Below are positions 7,029-19,000 of a stretch of 49,002 nucleotides of DNA, piece after piece. Position numbers and translations under genes: made by a program. The first letter of the stretch is position 1. The number at the start of each line of letters is the position of its first letter. This stretch comes from a virus (Duplodnaviria; Caudoviricetes): positions 1 to 49,002 of the IMG/VR virus record IMGVR_UViG_3300046789_000016; one strand, 5' to 3'. The notes under the pieces are model-generated. The model saw only the letters and a list, made by a program, of their open reading frames with translations, was not told the DNA's origin and ran no database searches.

Positions 7029-10000
7029 GTGGCCGGTTGGCGTGACAACATCGAGCAGATTCAGTCTGACGCCGCCGTAGCAGCCCCCACCGGCCTGCAG
7101 CAGGAGCTCCCCGGTGCCGAGACAGGCTGGCGCGGGAACCTCCAGGCCCTCCAGAGTGGTCAGCCCCGCTCTGCGTCGTGGACCACGGGAGGGCGCCAGG
7201 GCGGCCAGCAGAACGGCTGGGACACTGAGTTCTACAACACGATGTACGCCCAGCAGGACGAGGAGCTCGAGAAGGGCACGCTCGGCAACTGGCAGGCCCG
7301 CAGTGACTACACCGGGATCTCCATCTACGACGGCCGCAAGGACGCGACCGGTCGCGCGGTGGAGTTCGGCGACGTGTACGACAAGGGTCAGTTCAAGGGG
7401 AACATCCTCAAGGGCTCCGGCGGGTACGACGAGGACCAGGCGTACCAGGTGCTACTGTCCCTCATGCCCGTCGACCCGGAGGAGGAGCGCCGGACCTACG
7501 CGAAGAGCCAGAGCGACCCCACCGCGGTGAAGACCACGGTCGAGGCGGCGCGGAAGCGGCTCGCGAGAGAGTCGGAGCAGGCGGCCACCCGCGACCTGTA
7601 CAACAAGAACGTGGCCGACGTCAAGGAAGACTGGCAGAAGAACACCGGCGGCGGTGACGCGACCCTCGTTGCGGCTGCTGGCGGTCTCGGCGGCGCGGTC
7701 CTCGGTGCTGCAGCCGGTGCGGGCATTGGTGCGCTGTTCGGCGGTATCGCTGCCATTCCCGGCGCGGTGATCGGCGGCGTGCTCGGTGGCCTCGGGCTCG
7801 GCACGGCCGGAGCGGCGACGGCCTGGATGAACCAGGACCAGATCATCGACCAGGCGGCACGAGCGTCCGTTCAGACCGGGATGGCCGAGCGCGACTACGG
7901 CAACGGTCTCGCGACCGGCCTGCGCCAGTGGGGTGGGGTGGCCGGTAGCGCCATCGCTCCCACGACGAACCTGGTGCAGGGTGTCACGGACCTCGTGGCC
8001 GGCGAGGTCGGCGACGACCACGCGGCGTACTACGAGATCGAGCGCGACTGGACGCTGACGGCCCTCGGCATGGGAGCCGGGTTCGCCGACGCGGCCCTGC
8101 AGTTCTCCAGCGGCCTCGGCGCGAGCCTCTACATGGGCACGATGCTGTCGACCACGGTCGGTGGCGTCGGGCAGCTGGCGCTCAACCAGAACGACGAGAA
8201 CCGCGGCTTCGCGACGGGCGCCACCTTCGACGACCGGACGGGAACGTTCCACGCCCCGGAGGACCCGCTGCAGTGGGCCAGCGCGATCGGCGCTGTCGGC
8301 ATCGACGCCGTGCAGCTCGGTGGAGCGGGCGCGATCTACCGGAGCGCGGCGCTGCTCGGTTCCAAGCGCGGCGCGATGAGCGCGACCGGAGAGGCGACCC
8401 AGGTCCGCAACGGTCTGCTGGACAAGATCGCCGCGCACCAGAGGAGCACGGAGACCATCGCCGGTCGCGTCTTCAAGAAGGACGCCGACGGCAACGTCAT
8501 CAGCAGCCGCGCCAGCATGACCCTCCTCGCCCCGAGCGAGGCGGTGCAGTGGATGAGCGCGCGAGCCTCCGCCCTGCGACAGAAGGCCCAGGGAGCTTCG
8601 CTGCAGCCCGACGACCTGTACCAGGCCGCTCGCCAGCTGCAGAGCGGCGCGAACCCGGTGAAGCAGGCGCTGATCAACGGCTTCGCGGAAGGCTCGGAAG
8701 AGGGCGTGCAAGCGATCCTCGAGCCGCTGAGCCACGGTTGGACTGCCACGCTGCCGGAGATCGCAGAGGCTGCAGCGATGGGCTTCGCCACCGGGGCGGG
8801 CATGAGTGCGGGGGCCCGCCTCGGTCGGACCAGTCCCGACCAGCGCGACTACGACCAGGCCAACTCCCTCCGGGAGATCGCCGGGGTCGGCCGCTACACC
8901 CCGCAGCAGTGGAAGAAGCTCAGCGCCGGAGAGAAGGCGATCGCCCGCGACGGCAGCCAGATCCTGGACAGCGTTCTCAAGGACGCCGCCAACAAGGCCG
9001 TCGTCGGGCAGGAGGAGGTGGAGGTCGACTCGCAAGCCGCCCTCCTGCGCCGCACCGACGCCATCCGAGCGGTGCAGGCCGCAGAGGCGAAGAGCGCCTC
9101 TCCCGCCCTCGACACCACGATGCTCGTCACGCTGCACTCCTCGACGAGCACCCCTGCTCGCGCGATCGTCAGCAGCCTCGAGACCGCCATCGGGAACCTG
9201 ACCCGCCACGGCGAGGGCCTGATGCAGGCCGCCGTCGAGGCGAGCGACCCGGTGAAGAAGCAGCAGTACGGCGAGATCGCCGCCGCGAACGTCGCCCTGC
9301 TGAACAAGATCTCCGCCGACGCCGAGATCGCCCGCAACGGTGCCACCTTCGCGGATCGGTCCGCAGCGACGCAGCGGATCAACGCCGAGTTCCAGGCGGC
9401 GTGGCGCTCCACCGAGCTGCCGATCAACCGCGCCGTCAGCCTGATGTTCTCCCGCGACCCGCAGGACAACACGAACAGCGGCGTCGTCCTCTTCCCGCAG
9501 ATCTCGGAAGTGCTCAGCGAGTACGGCCGCAACCTGACCGACGGCCGCAACGGCAACGGCGTGCTGCAGGTCGGTGCCGGGATCCTACAGGGCACCACGA
9601 TGGACTTCGACGGTGATCGCCTGCGGCTCCGCGCTCACCTCGTGCTCGACGACAACGCCTACGTGAAGGCCCGCAACGGCAGCACCGTCCTCGGGTTCGC
9701 CGAGAAGGGCGGCGTCAACGTCGGTACGCGCGACTTCGAGAAGACGATGGGCCGCAAGCTCGCCGTCGCGGCCGGAGACCCGACCGACGTCAACAGCGTG
9801 CTGGCCGGCCAGACGCTCGACACCCTGAAGATCGAGCTGCTGCGCGACCTGGGCACCTACCCCGGCATCGAGAAGCACGTCGACGACCTGATCACGGCCA
9901 TGAAGGCTGGCGTGGACACCGCCAAGCAGGACTTCATGCGCGTCATCGCTCAGACCGACCCCGACGCGATCCGCGACATCGGTCAGAACGGCACTCCCGG

Positions 10001-13000
10001 CCAGCCGGGCATGATCGACCCCTGGCTCGAGATCATCGACCCCGCCTACATGCGGGCGCTCGAGACCTACCGGGACTCCGCGGCTCGCCCGCCGGTCGAG
10101 ATCAACACGACCAGCCCGGTCAAGGGCAACCCGCTCGCCAACGCCTACCCGAACCAGGGCTCCCGCAGCGCGGCGACCCCCGGCTCGACGATGGCGACCC
10201 AGTCTCCCGGCATCGAGCCGATCCGCCAGTTCATGGGACTGCACTACGGCGAGTACCGCTCCAGCGTGGACGCCGCCCGCACCAGTGGCGAGATGAACAG
10301 CATCCGCGAGAGCCTGGTCATGTGGTACGAGGCGATCACGGGCGGCATGCTCCGCTCCGCCAAGGAGAACGTGCTGGCCAAGGACGAGGTGACGCAGGAG
10401 ACCCTGCGGATCCTGAACCGTCTCTCCGACGCCTACGCTCCGGACGTGGCTCCCCGCTCCCTGCGCAGCTTCTCCATCTCGGGACTCACCGTCCCGAACG
10501 TCGACCGTCACGGCACCGACCACGGCGGCTACATCAGCATCGCGCAGGCGGTCCTCCGCGACGTGGCCGAGCGCTACGAGCAGCGGGACGCTGGCGTGCT
10601 CGACGCGCTGCCGGAGCTGCAGGCCAAGTACCGCGCCTACAAGAGCGCGAGCAGCTACCAGGCGTTCGTCGAGGTCTTCGACTCCACCCCGCTGATGCAG
10701 ATCCTCGGGACCGGCGCCGCCAACTTCGGCAACGTGACGGTCGGCCAGGCCGCTCGCATGTACCGCAACTGGGACGCGCCGACCCGCGAGAAGGCTCGCG
10801 AGGAGCTGAAGCTCGACGGTCGCTACTCCAAGGCCATCCACCACGACCTGCCGTACAACATGAACGACTTCGCCAGCGGCGCGATCAGCGAGTACCAGAT
10901 CGTGGTCGACTCCTTCATCGGGTTCGCCGACAAGCAGCTGGCGGTGGACCAGAAGACCGGCGAGATCCACGGCATCGAGGCCGAGCGCGACGACCAGGCG
11001 GTCGAGAGCCTGGAGCAGAGCCTGGGTCGCTTCAAGCGCGCGCTCACCGAGTTCGAGGCGCTGTACGCGAGCGGCCGGAGTCGCCGCAAGCTCAGCCCCG
11101 AGGCCCGCGAGCAGGCGTTCATGCGAGCCCTCGACCAGAACCAGTCGGCGGGTCGCGCCCTGTTCGCGGCGTTCCCGGACGAGGTCGCCAACGTCCTGAT
11201 TACCCCGGTCGCGGGTGGCAAGGTGACGCTGGCGAAGTGGTTCTTCCAGATGCTGACGGCCTCCACCGAGCAAGAGGCCGCGATGATCTACTTCCGGGAG
11301 AGCTTCTACGGCAAGCTCCGCGCCTTCGACGCCCTGGACGACACGCGCAACAGCCCCGACACCCTGCTGCAGGTGTACATCGAGCTCCGCCAGATGGGGA
11401 CCGACGCCCTGCGGATGGACTTCGACCGCCTCCTGCTCACCTCCACGAGCATCAAGCAGTTCCGCCGGGACCTGAACAAGCGCCTCGTGTTCGATCGCGC
11501 TCCGATCATGGCGTTCTACCGGGACGCTGCAGCGTTCGACGCGGCACAGACCACGGGCGGGTGGCAGCTCAGCCAGCCCGGCGCCCAGCAGCGCGAGGCC
11601 CTGCGTGCCCTCGAGACCGCCTCCGCCAGTTTCGTAAAGGCGGCAGAGCGCGAGAAGACCGTGCAGGACGGCGACGCCGTGATGGTCGAGCAGATGCTCG
11701 CCAACCCGAACCACCCCAACTGGGCGATCCTGGAGAAGCGCCTGGCACAGGCCGAGCGCCTCAACGGGGGTATCGGCCCGCAGGAGATGCTCGCCGCCGC
11801 GATGGCAGCGGGCCTGGGGTTCTACCCGGACGCCACCGACAAGGGTGCAGCCAGCTCGTTCTTCGCCGCCTTCGGCCACAACTCGGCGCGCGGCGAGACC
11901 CGCACCTGGGGTCACGGCCCGAAGAAGCTGATCGAGGCGTTCCTCTCCGGCAACGATCGTGACATCTCCCGTAACCCGAACGTGATGAGCCGCGGACAGC
12001 GCCTCATGGACCGTCAGGGCCGGAAGATCACCTGGACCCGCCCCGACGCGCGGCAGTTCCTCGAGCTGTGGCGCGACCCGCAGATGACTCCCCTCCTGCG
12101 TGCCACCATCTTCCCCAGCGTGTGGACGAACCCCGACGGTGACCAGCTCAGCCAGAAGATGCTGGTCGGCCAGTCGCTCACGGAGCTCCTGGAGAACACG
12201 ACCTACACCAGGATCCTGACCGGCACCACCGACCAGGACATCATGAGCTACGTCGCGATGGCAGACTCCCTCGCGCCGAACTACGGCGAGAGCTACCCGC
12301 TCTACCGCATGGGCCAGGACCTCTTCACCGCCCGGATGGCCAGCAAGCGAGCCCGTACGCCCGACGAGGCGGAGCGCGAGCTGATGCAGGCGTTCCGGGA
12401 CGTCGTGACGGTCGCCCGTCGTGCCGCCGACATGCCGCCCGAGCTGCTGCAGAGCGACTTCCTGGACATCCTGACCGAACTGGAGAGGGCTACTCCGCTC
12501 TCCAGCATGGAGCACGAGTTCAGCAAGGTCGTCCTCGCCAGCTTCGACAACCAGGTCAGTGACCTGCGCGACGCGGGCGCGTCCGCCACGGCGATCGCAG
12601 AGGCTGAGACCACTGCGGACGCCGTCGGTCGCATGCTCGGGGCGAACAACAACGAGGTCGGCGACGTCATCCGCTTCTACACGATCGACTGGTCGAGCCC
12701 CGACGCTTCCGCCAAGGTCGACGCGATCTACGACGAGATCGTCGCCATCCCCGAGCTCGCCGACAGCGTCGGTGGCAAGGACGGCGAGATGGTCCGCGAG
12801 ATCGTCACCGAGGCGCGCGAGCGCGGTCGCAGCGGCCGGGTGCTGATGAGCACCGACGAGGCGACCGAGCACAAGTACTGGGAGGCTGCAGCGCGAGCGA
12901 TCGCGCAGCAGAAGATCGACGCCCTGACGATCGCTGCAGTGAGCGGCCACCCCACCGCAGGCATCCCGGCGGGTAAGATCGCGGGTCGCGGCAAGTACTG

Positions 13001-16000
13001 GGACAGCACCTTCCGCTACCTGATCGAACCGATCACCAAGGAGAACAGCGGGCTCCTCTCCTCCCTGCGCGAGCTCCGCACCAACATCGTCGGCAACGTC
13101 GACAGCCAGAGCGGGCCGAAGGACCTGGCGATGGCCGTCCGCGCGACGATCTACCGGGAGCACTCGCTCGGCGACTGGAACCCGTACGTCGCTCTCGCCC
13201 ACGTCGAGGGACAGAACCGCATCGACTCCTCCGGCGCGGGTGACCAGGTCGAGGGCGCCGGTATCGCCTACGACGAGGAGGCCGCGCTCTCCGCAGCCAC
13301 CCGTCGCACGGACCTGGATCCCCTCGACCCGGCCAACAAGGTCACGGTCGCTCCCCGCCGCTACGAGATCAGCAGCGACGTGCTCCAGAACGACGACGCG
13401 ATCCTGCAGGACGACGCCATCCGTGACGACAAGGGACGGGTCGCCCCGCTCCTGCTGCTGAACGGTCGGTTCATCCTGCCGACCGTCAGCATCACGGTCA
13501 ACGGCCAGCAGATCTCGCTGAACCTGGGACACCCGAAGCCCGGCTACCACTCGCCGGCCACCGAGAACACCAGCCACTCCACGCTGCTGGCGACCACCAT
13601 CCAGGCCCTCCGTCGCTCGATCGACGCCGCCCTGCCCGCTCCGGGAACCCCCTACACCCTGAACGTGGAGCTGCTGCACCCCGACGACCAGCCCGTCGGC
13701 GAGAAGTGGGCGAACAACGTCTTCTTCGAGGGCGTGCTCACCGAGAACGGTGGTGACTGGCACAACTCCCTGAACGGCGCGGCCTACTTCGCTCCGGGCG
13801 GTATCAACAGCAGCGAGCAGCGAGCAGCGCTCGACGCCGTGAAGAGCGCGCTGATGGCCGTCCGGCCACCGGACGTGCCCGGTCAGGAGGAGGTCTACGC
13901 CCTGGAGGACGTGAACGACCTCTCCGCCACGCTGCAGGCCAAGCAGCTCGAGATCTACCGCCGAAACAGCGGTCACGGCACGCTCGACCAGAGCATGGCC
14001 GTCGCGATCGCCAAGGTGCTGAAGAGCCACCACGCCGTGCGCGCCGAGTTCCAGCCGGACCCGGAGGGAGAGGTCCTCGTCTACCTCTTCTCCGCCGAGG
14101 AGGTGTTGGCGCACCAGGCCCTACACGGTCCCGGCACCTTCCCGGACGTGGCGGGCATCCCGACGCTCAACCACGAGCTCGTCGTTCTCAACACGGCGAA
14201 CCTGCGGACGCTCATCGGGGACACCGGCACCCGCACCACCGTCCAGGCGTTTACCAACGACCTGACGATCGACTCCTCGAACGTCCGTCCCTGGACCGGT
14301 CAGTTCGACCAGGGCCACGTCCGCGAGGTCATGCCCGGACTGCTGGAGAGCGAGGAGGGCGACATCCGTACCTCCGCCCTCGTCTCCCGCCCGTACCTCT
14401 CGCAGCTGACGCTGCAGGAGACGCTCACTCCGAAGGCTCGGACGATGTTCAGCCAGAAGAAGCTCGAGCAGGGCGAGCGCCTCATCGTCGTCCGCAACGC
14501 TCGCGAGGGCCAGGGAGCGGAGCGCATCGCCGCCTTCACGGCGCGGAACTCGAAGCGCCTGGAAGAGGACAACGCCTGGCGGAGCAAGCTCCCCGTGCTG
14601 GACCTCCGGCAGGCGGGCTTCAACCACCAGCTGCCGACCGTCATCGACGAGACGACGAAGACCATCGTCGAGGCGAAGGCGTACAGCCAGTTCAAGAAGG
14701 TCCTGACCTTCGACAAGTTCCGGGCGCTGTGGTTCATGACGGCCGACACGTCGATCACGGGCGACCGCTTCAACGACGGCATCCTGCGTCGCATCGAGGA
14801 CCTGGACGACGTCCGCTCGAAGGACGGTCGCGGGAACAACCTCGCGGCGGAGGACGGTCTGATGATCGACCTCCAGATCTTCGCGAGCTCGGCCGCCCCC
14901 GAGGTCGAGATGGGCCGCCTCTTCAACAAGGCCACCTCTCTCGGTCTGACGATCGTCCTCGTCAACGGCGTGCGCAAGGACCTGGAGTACACGGCTGGCC
15001 GCCTCCTGCGTGGCGAGTACGGCTACACCAACGTCCCCGGCAGCAGCACGATCTTCGTCGAGAACGACCGCAGCGAGCAGTACCAGACCGCCGAGGCCCA
15101 CACCTCGATCCTGGGCGAGACCCACGCGATCGACGACGCGAGCGTCATCCTGAACTTCCACACCCGCGACATCCAGGGCGTGTGGGAGAATAGCAGCTAC
15201 GTCGACGTCACCGCCAACGCCGCCCACGTCGAGGTCGAGAACGTCCGCGACCTGGTGCCGGTCGGCGCCTACGACTGGTTCGGAATGCCGCAGGACCAGG
15301 AGCAGCGGGCCGAGGTCCGCCGTCGCCTGCAGGTCATGCTCGACGACCCGCAGGGCCTGGTTCACCTCGCCCGCCTGACGGCGATGGCGAACGGTGAGGA
15401 CGTCACGACCCTCGCGCCGGAGCGCATCCAGAAGCTCGCGAGCGAGATGAGCGAGCTGCTCACCTACGCGATCGAGAACTTCGACGACGGCACGGGCAAG
15501 CCGCGAGTCGGCTCCCGCCTGCGCACCGGAGACCTTGTCGCGATGATCGACCACCGCGGCCAGACCATCCTGTACCGCCACGGTCACAAGCCGCCGCGCG
15601 ACATGCTCGACGTGACGCAGCAGCTCGAGCTCAAGTTCGAGGGAACGAACCCCGCCATCCCGACCGGCGGTGGCTGGGCGGTCTACGGCAGCGAGGCGCT
15701 GCCCACCGCCACGACCCACGACCTGACGATCCGCTCCTGGGACGAGAAGAGCCAGTACGGCCTCACCGTCCAGGGTGGCATCCCCCTCTCCGCGTACGGC
15801 CTGAAGAGCGCCTACGAGGAGAGCGGCATGAAGACGGTCGGCAAGCCGATCGACGAGGCTGACTTCGTTCCTCCCGTCAACGACGTGGTCACCGGTCACC
15901 GCATCCGCGAGTACACCTACCGCGACGACAACGTGAGCAAGGAGAACGTGCCGGGAGTCCTCGGCAACGCCCGCAACGCGATCACCCTGCTCGGAGCGAA

Positions 16001-19000
16001 CTTCGCCCCGGCGATCGCGCAGACCCTGTTCAACATCACTCCCACCGAGTGGATGTCGATGAGCCGGGTCGACCAGGAGGTCCACCGCACGCGGGCGAAC
16101 GAGCTGCTGCTGAGCATCAGCCGCGACTCCACCTACTCGCTGGCGATCGTCGACAAGCTCATCCAGAGCGACTTCTCGAACCCGATGAGCGACGGCAGCA
16201 AGGCGATCGAGCTCCTGCTGGCGAGCGAGCTGATGAGCCAGTACAACCTGGCTCCCGACCTCTCGACCAACCTGCAGAGCGGTCTGACGCCGCAGCAGCA
16301 GATCACCCGCGCCGCGATCCTCTACATGCTGGCCCCGAACGCTCACCCGCGTCACATCATGTACTCGCCCGGCTTCGGTGTCAAGAAGGAGGCCGACGGG
16401 CTGCAGTCCATCGAGATGCCGCGTGTCTTCACGCAGATCTTCGATCGGGCCGCGTTCACCACGGACCCGACCAAGCCCGGCCTGCGCGCGTTCTTCTTCC
16501 AGATGCTGAACGACCAGATCCCGAACGACCAGGTCCCGGCCGGGGCACCGAGCCAGGGCTACACCCTCCTAGAGAACTGGGACTTCGTCATCACGTCGCC
16601 GGACGGCCGCGCTCCCCGCGTCGGCCTGCTGCAGTTCGCTCGCGTCGTCAGCACCGGAGACTCGATCACGATCCAGGAGCAGTCCGCCAACCAGGGTGGC
16701 AAGCAGCAGGCGTCGGCGCAGTACGCCAAGGTCGCGGAGCAGGCGTTCAACGCCAGCTTCGGCCAGCCCGCTGTCGGGAAGAAGACCAACGACTTCGCCG
16801 CTCGCAAGAACATCACCAGCATCAAGACGGTCGAGGACCTGTTCAAGATGATGCAGGGTGGGAACCGCACCCAGCCCGTCAAGATCGGCCCGCGTGCCAC
16901 GCGCGTCGTGAGCCGGGCCGGGCGGGAGTACGTTCGCGCGGGCAAGATCGCGATGAAGGCGTTCCGCCAGCCGCTCGACCTGTCGCAGTGGGACGAGAAC
17001 GACAAGGTCGAGTACCAGCAGCGTCGCGAGGCTCTCCTGCGCGAGCACGGCATCGACCCGAAGTACTGGGGCATGGTCGACGGCTGGGTCCGGCAGTGGC
17101 TCGCGGCGCCCAAGGACGAGAACGCCAAGGACGCTGCAGCCGAGGGTCCGGTCTCCTGGCAGGCGGCGCGAGACGCGCTCAACCAGATCACCACCAACAT
17201 GAAGGCGGGAGTCCTGCCCGTCCACGACGCGGCAGTCCCGCTCATGCACCGCAACGACCTGTGGCTCCTGTTCCAGGCGGCCAAGGCCGGTGGCTGGGCA
17301 CCGTGGACCGGCAGCAAGGGACCGCGGGCGCAGACCTGGGAGCAGTTCGTCGACGTGGCTCTCGGCTCCGGCAGCAGCCAGCTCGAGGCGTGGCTGCTGA
17401 CCCCGACCGACGGGTTCCTGCACACGTACCGCGACAACGAGGAGACCCTGCTGGGTGCCCCGCTGACGATGAACCAGATGAAGAACCTGCAGCTCCTGGA
17501 CGAGGGCACGGACGAGCTGGTCGTGTCGTTCGACCCCGGCACCCGGACCCTCCTCAACGAGACGCCGATCTTCGACTTCAACACGGCGACCTACGAGGAC
17601 ATCTTCGGTGGCCAGATCCACGCCGGGGTGTACCAGGGCAAGTACCCGCCGAAGAGCGCAATGGCCCGTCGCGTCCGCTCCACGAGCAAGTGGAAGAGCC
17701 AGCGCGACATGCAGGAGCAGATGCGCCAGAGCCTGGGCGACGTGCGACAGGTCGGCTTCCACTTCCGGAACGAGGGCACCACGACGAACGCTGCCCTGCG
17801 CATCATGATCAACGTCCGTGTGGCGCAGGGCCTCGCGAACCCCCTGCTCATGGTGACGGCGCCGGTCGAGACGTTCTTCCGCACCACCCTGGAGGAGAGC
17901 GCTCGCCTCATCTCCGGCGACAGCCTGCTGGGCCGCGGCAAGGCGTTCAACCAGGTCTTCCGCCGGGCCACGCAGAACATGAGTGGCTCGCAGGCGTTCA
18001 AGGCGATGGTCCACAACGACCTGTTCCAGCACCCGCACCTCTACAACGCGCACCGCCTGGAGAAGATCTCGAGCGACGCGGCGCGGGTGTTCGGCAAGGC
18101 CCAGGACCCGTCCTACGGCATCCGGCAGAAGACGAGCGCCAAGCACTACGCGCTCGCCGTCGTCGACTTCGTGGAGCAGAGCGGCCGGGGCAACATCACC
18201 GCTGAGGCGGCGCTCGAGCTCATGAGCCGCAACCCGGTGGCCTTCCGCCAGCGCCACCCGGAGGCCCACCAGTTCGGGCTGAACGCGATCGCCAACCTGC
18301 GGAGCATCAAGGCCACGCCGCAGTCGCTGCTGTTCCGGGCGACCGTGGACGCTGCAGCGAGCAACCCGCACCTGGCGCTGAACGTCCCGACCAACCTGTT
18401 CCTGAAGCTGCCGTTCGTCTTCAACAACTACGCGTTCAACTTCGCAGAGAACATCCTCGGCGTCCGCGGTGCGAACCAGGCGTTCTCCCTGTTCCTCTCG
18501 GGCAACAAGGGCGGCAAGAGCCTCGGTCGCCTGCAGGCGTTCCTGGCGGGAGAGAAGTACGTCGAGGGCGAGCACGGCATCGACGTGCTGGGCGAGACCC
18601 AGGGCGCGATCGACTTCTCGAACGCGTTCATCCGGGACGGCCTGACCCACACCTCGCTCATGGCCATCGGCGCGATCATGGGCCAGCTCGGTCTCTCGGG
18701 CGAGGACGACGAGGACCGCCGCCGGAAGCGCGCAGCCAAGCTGCAGGGCACCGCCCTGATGGACGACCCGCGCGACCTCGCGGAGGACTGGCGCAACGTC
18801 GACACCATCTACCTCGACAGCATCCCGATCCTGAACGAGTGGTTCAAGGCCGGGGACGGCGAGCACTCGCCGGCCACGATGCATTGGACGATCAAGCAGT
18901 TCGTCAGCCCGTTCCTCGGTATCACGAAGTTCATCGACACGGGCGACCCCCGTCAGGTGATGTGGGGCTTCGAGGACGCGCTGTTCGCCATGCCCCTGGT

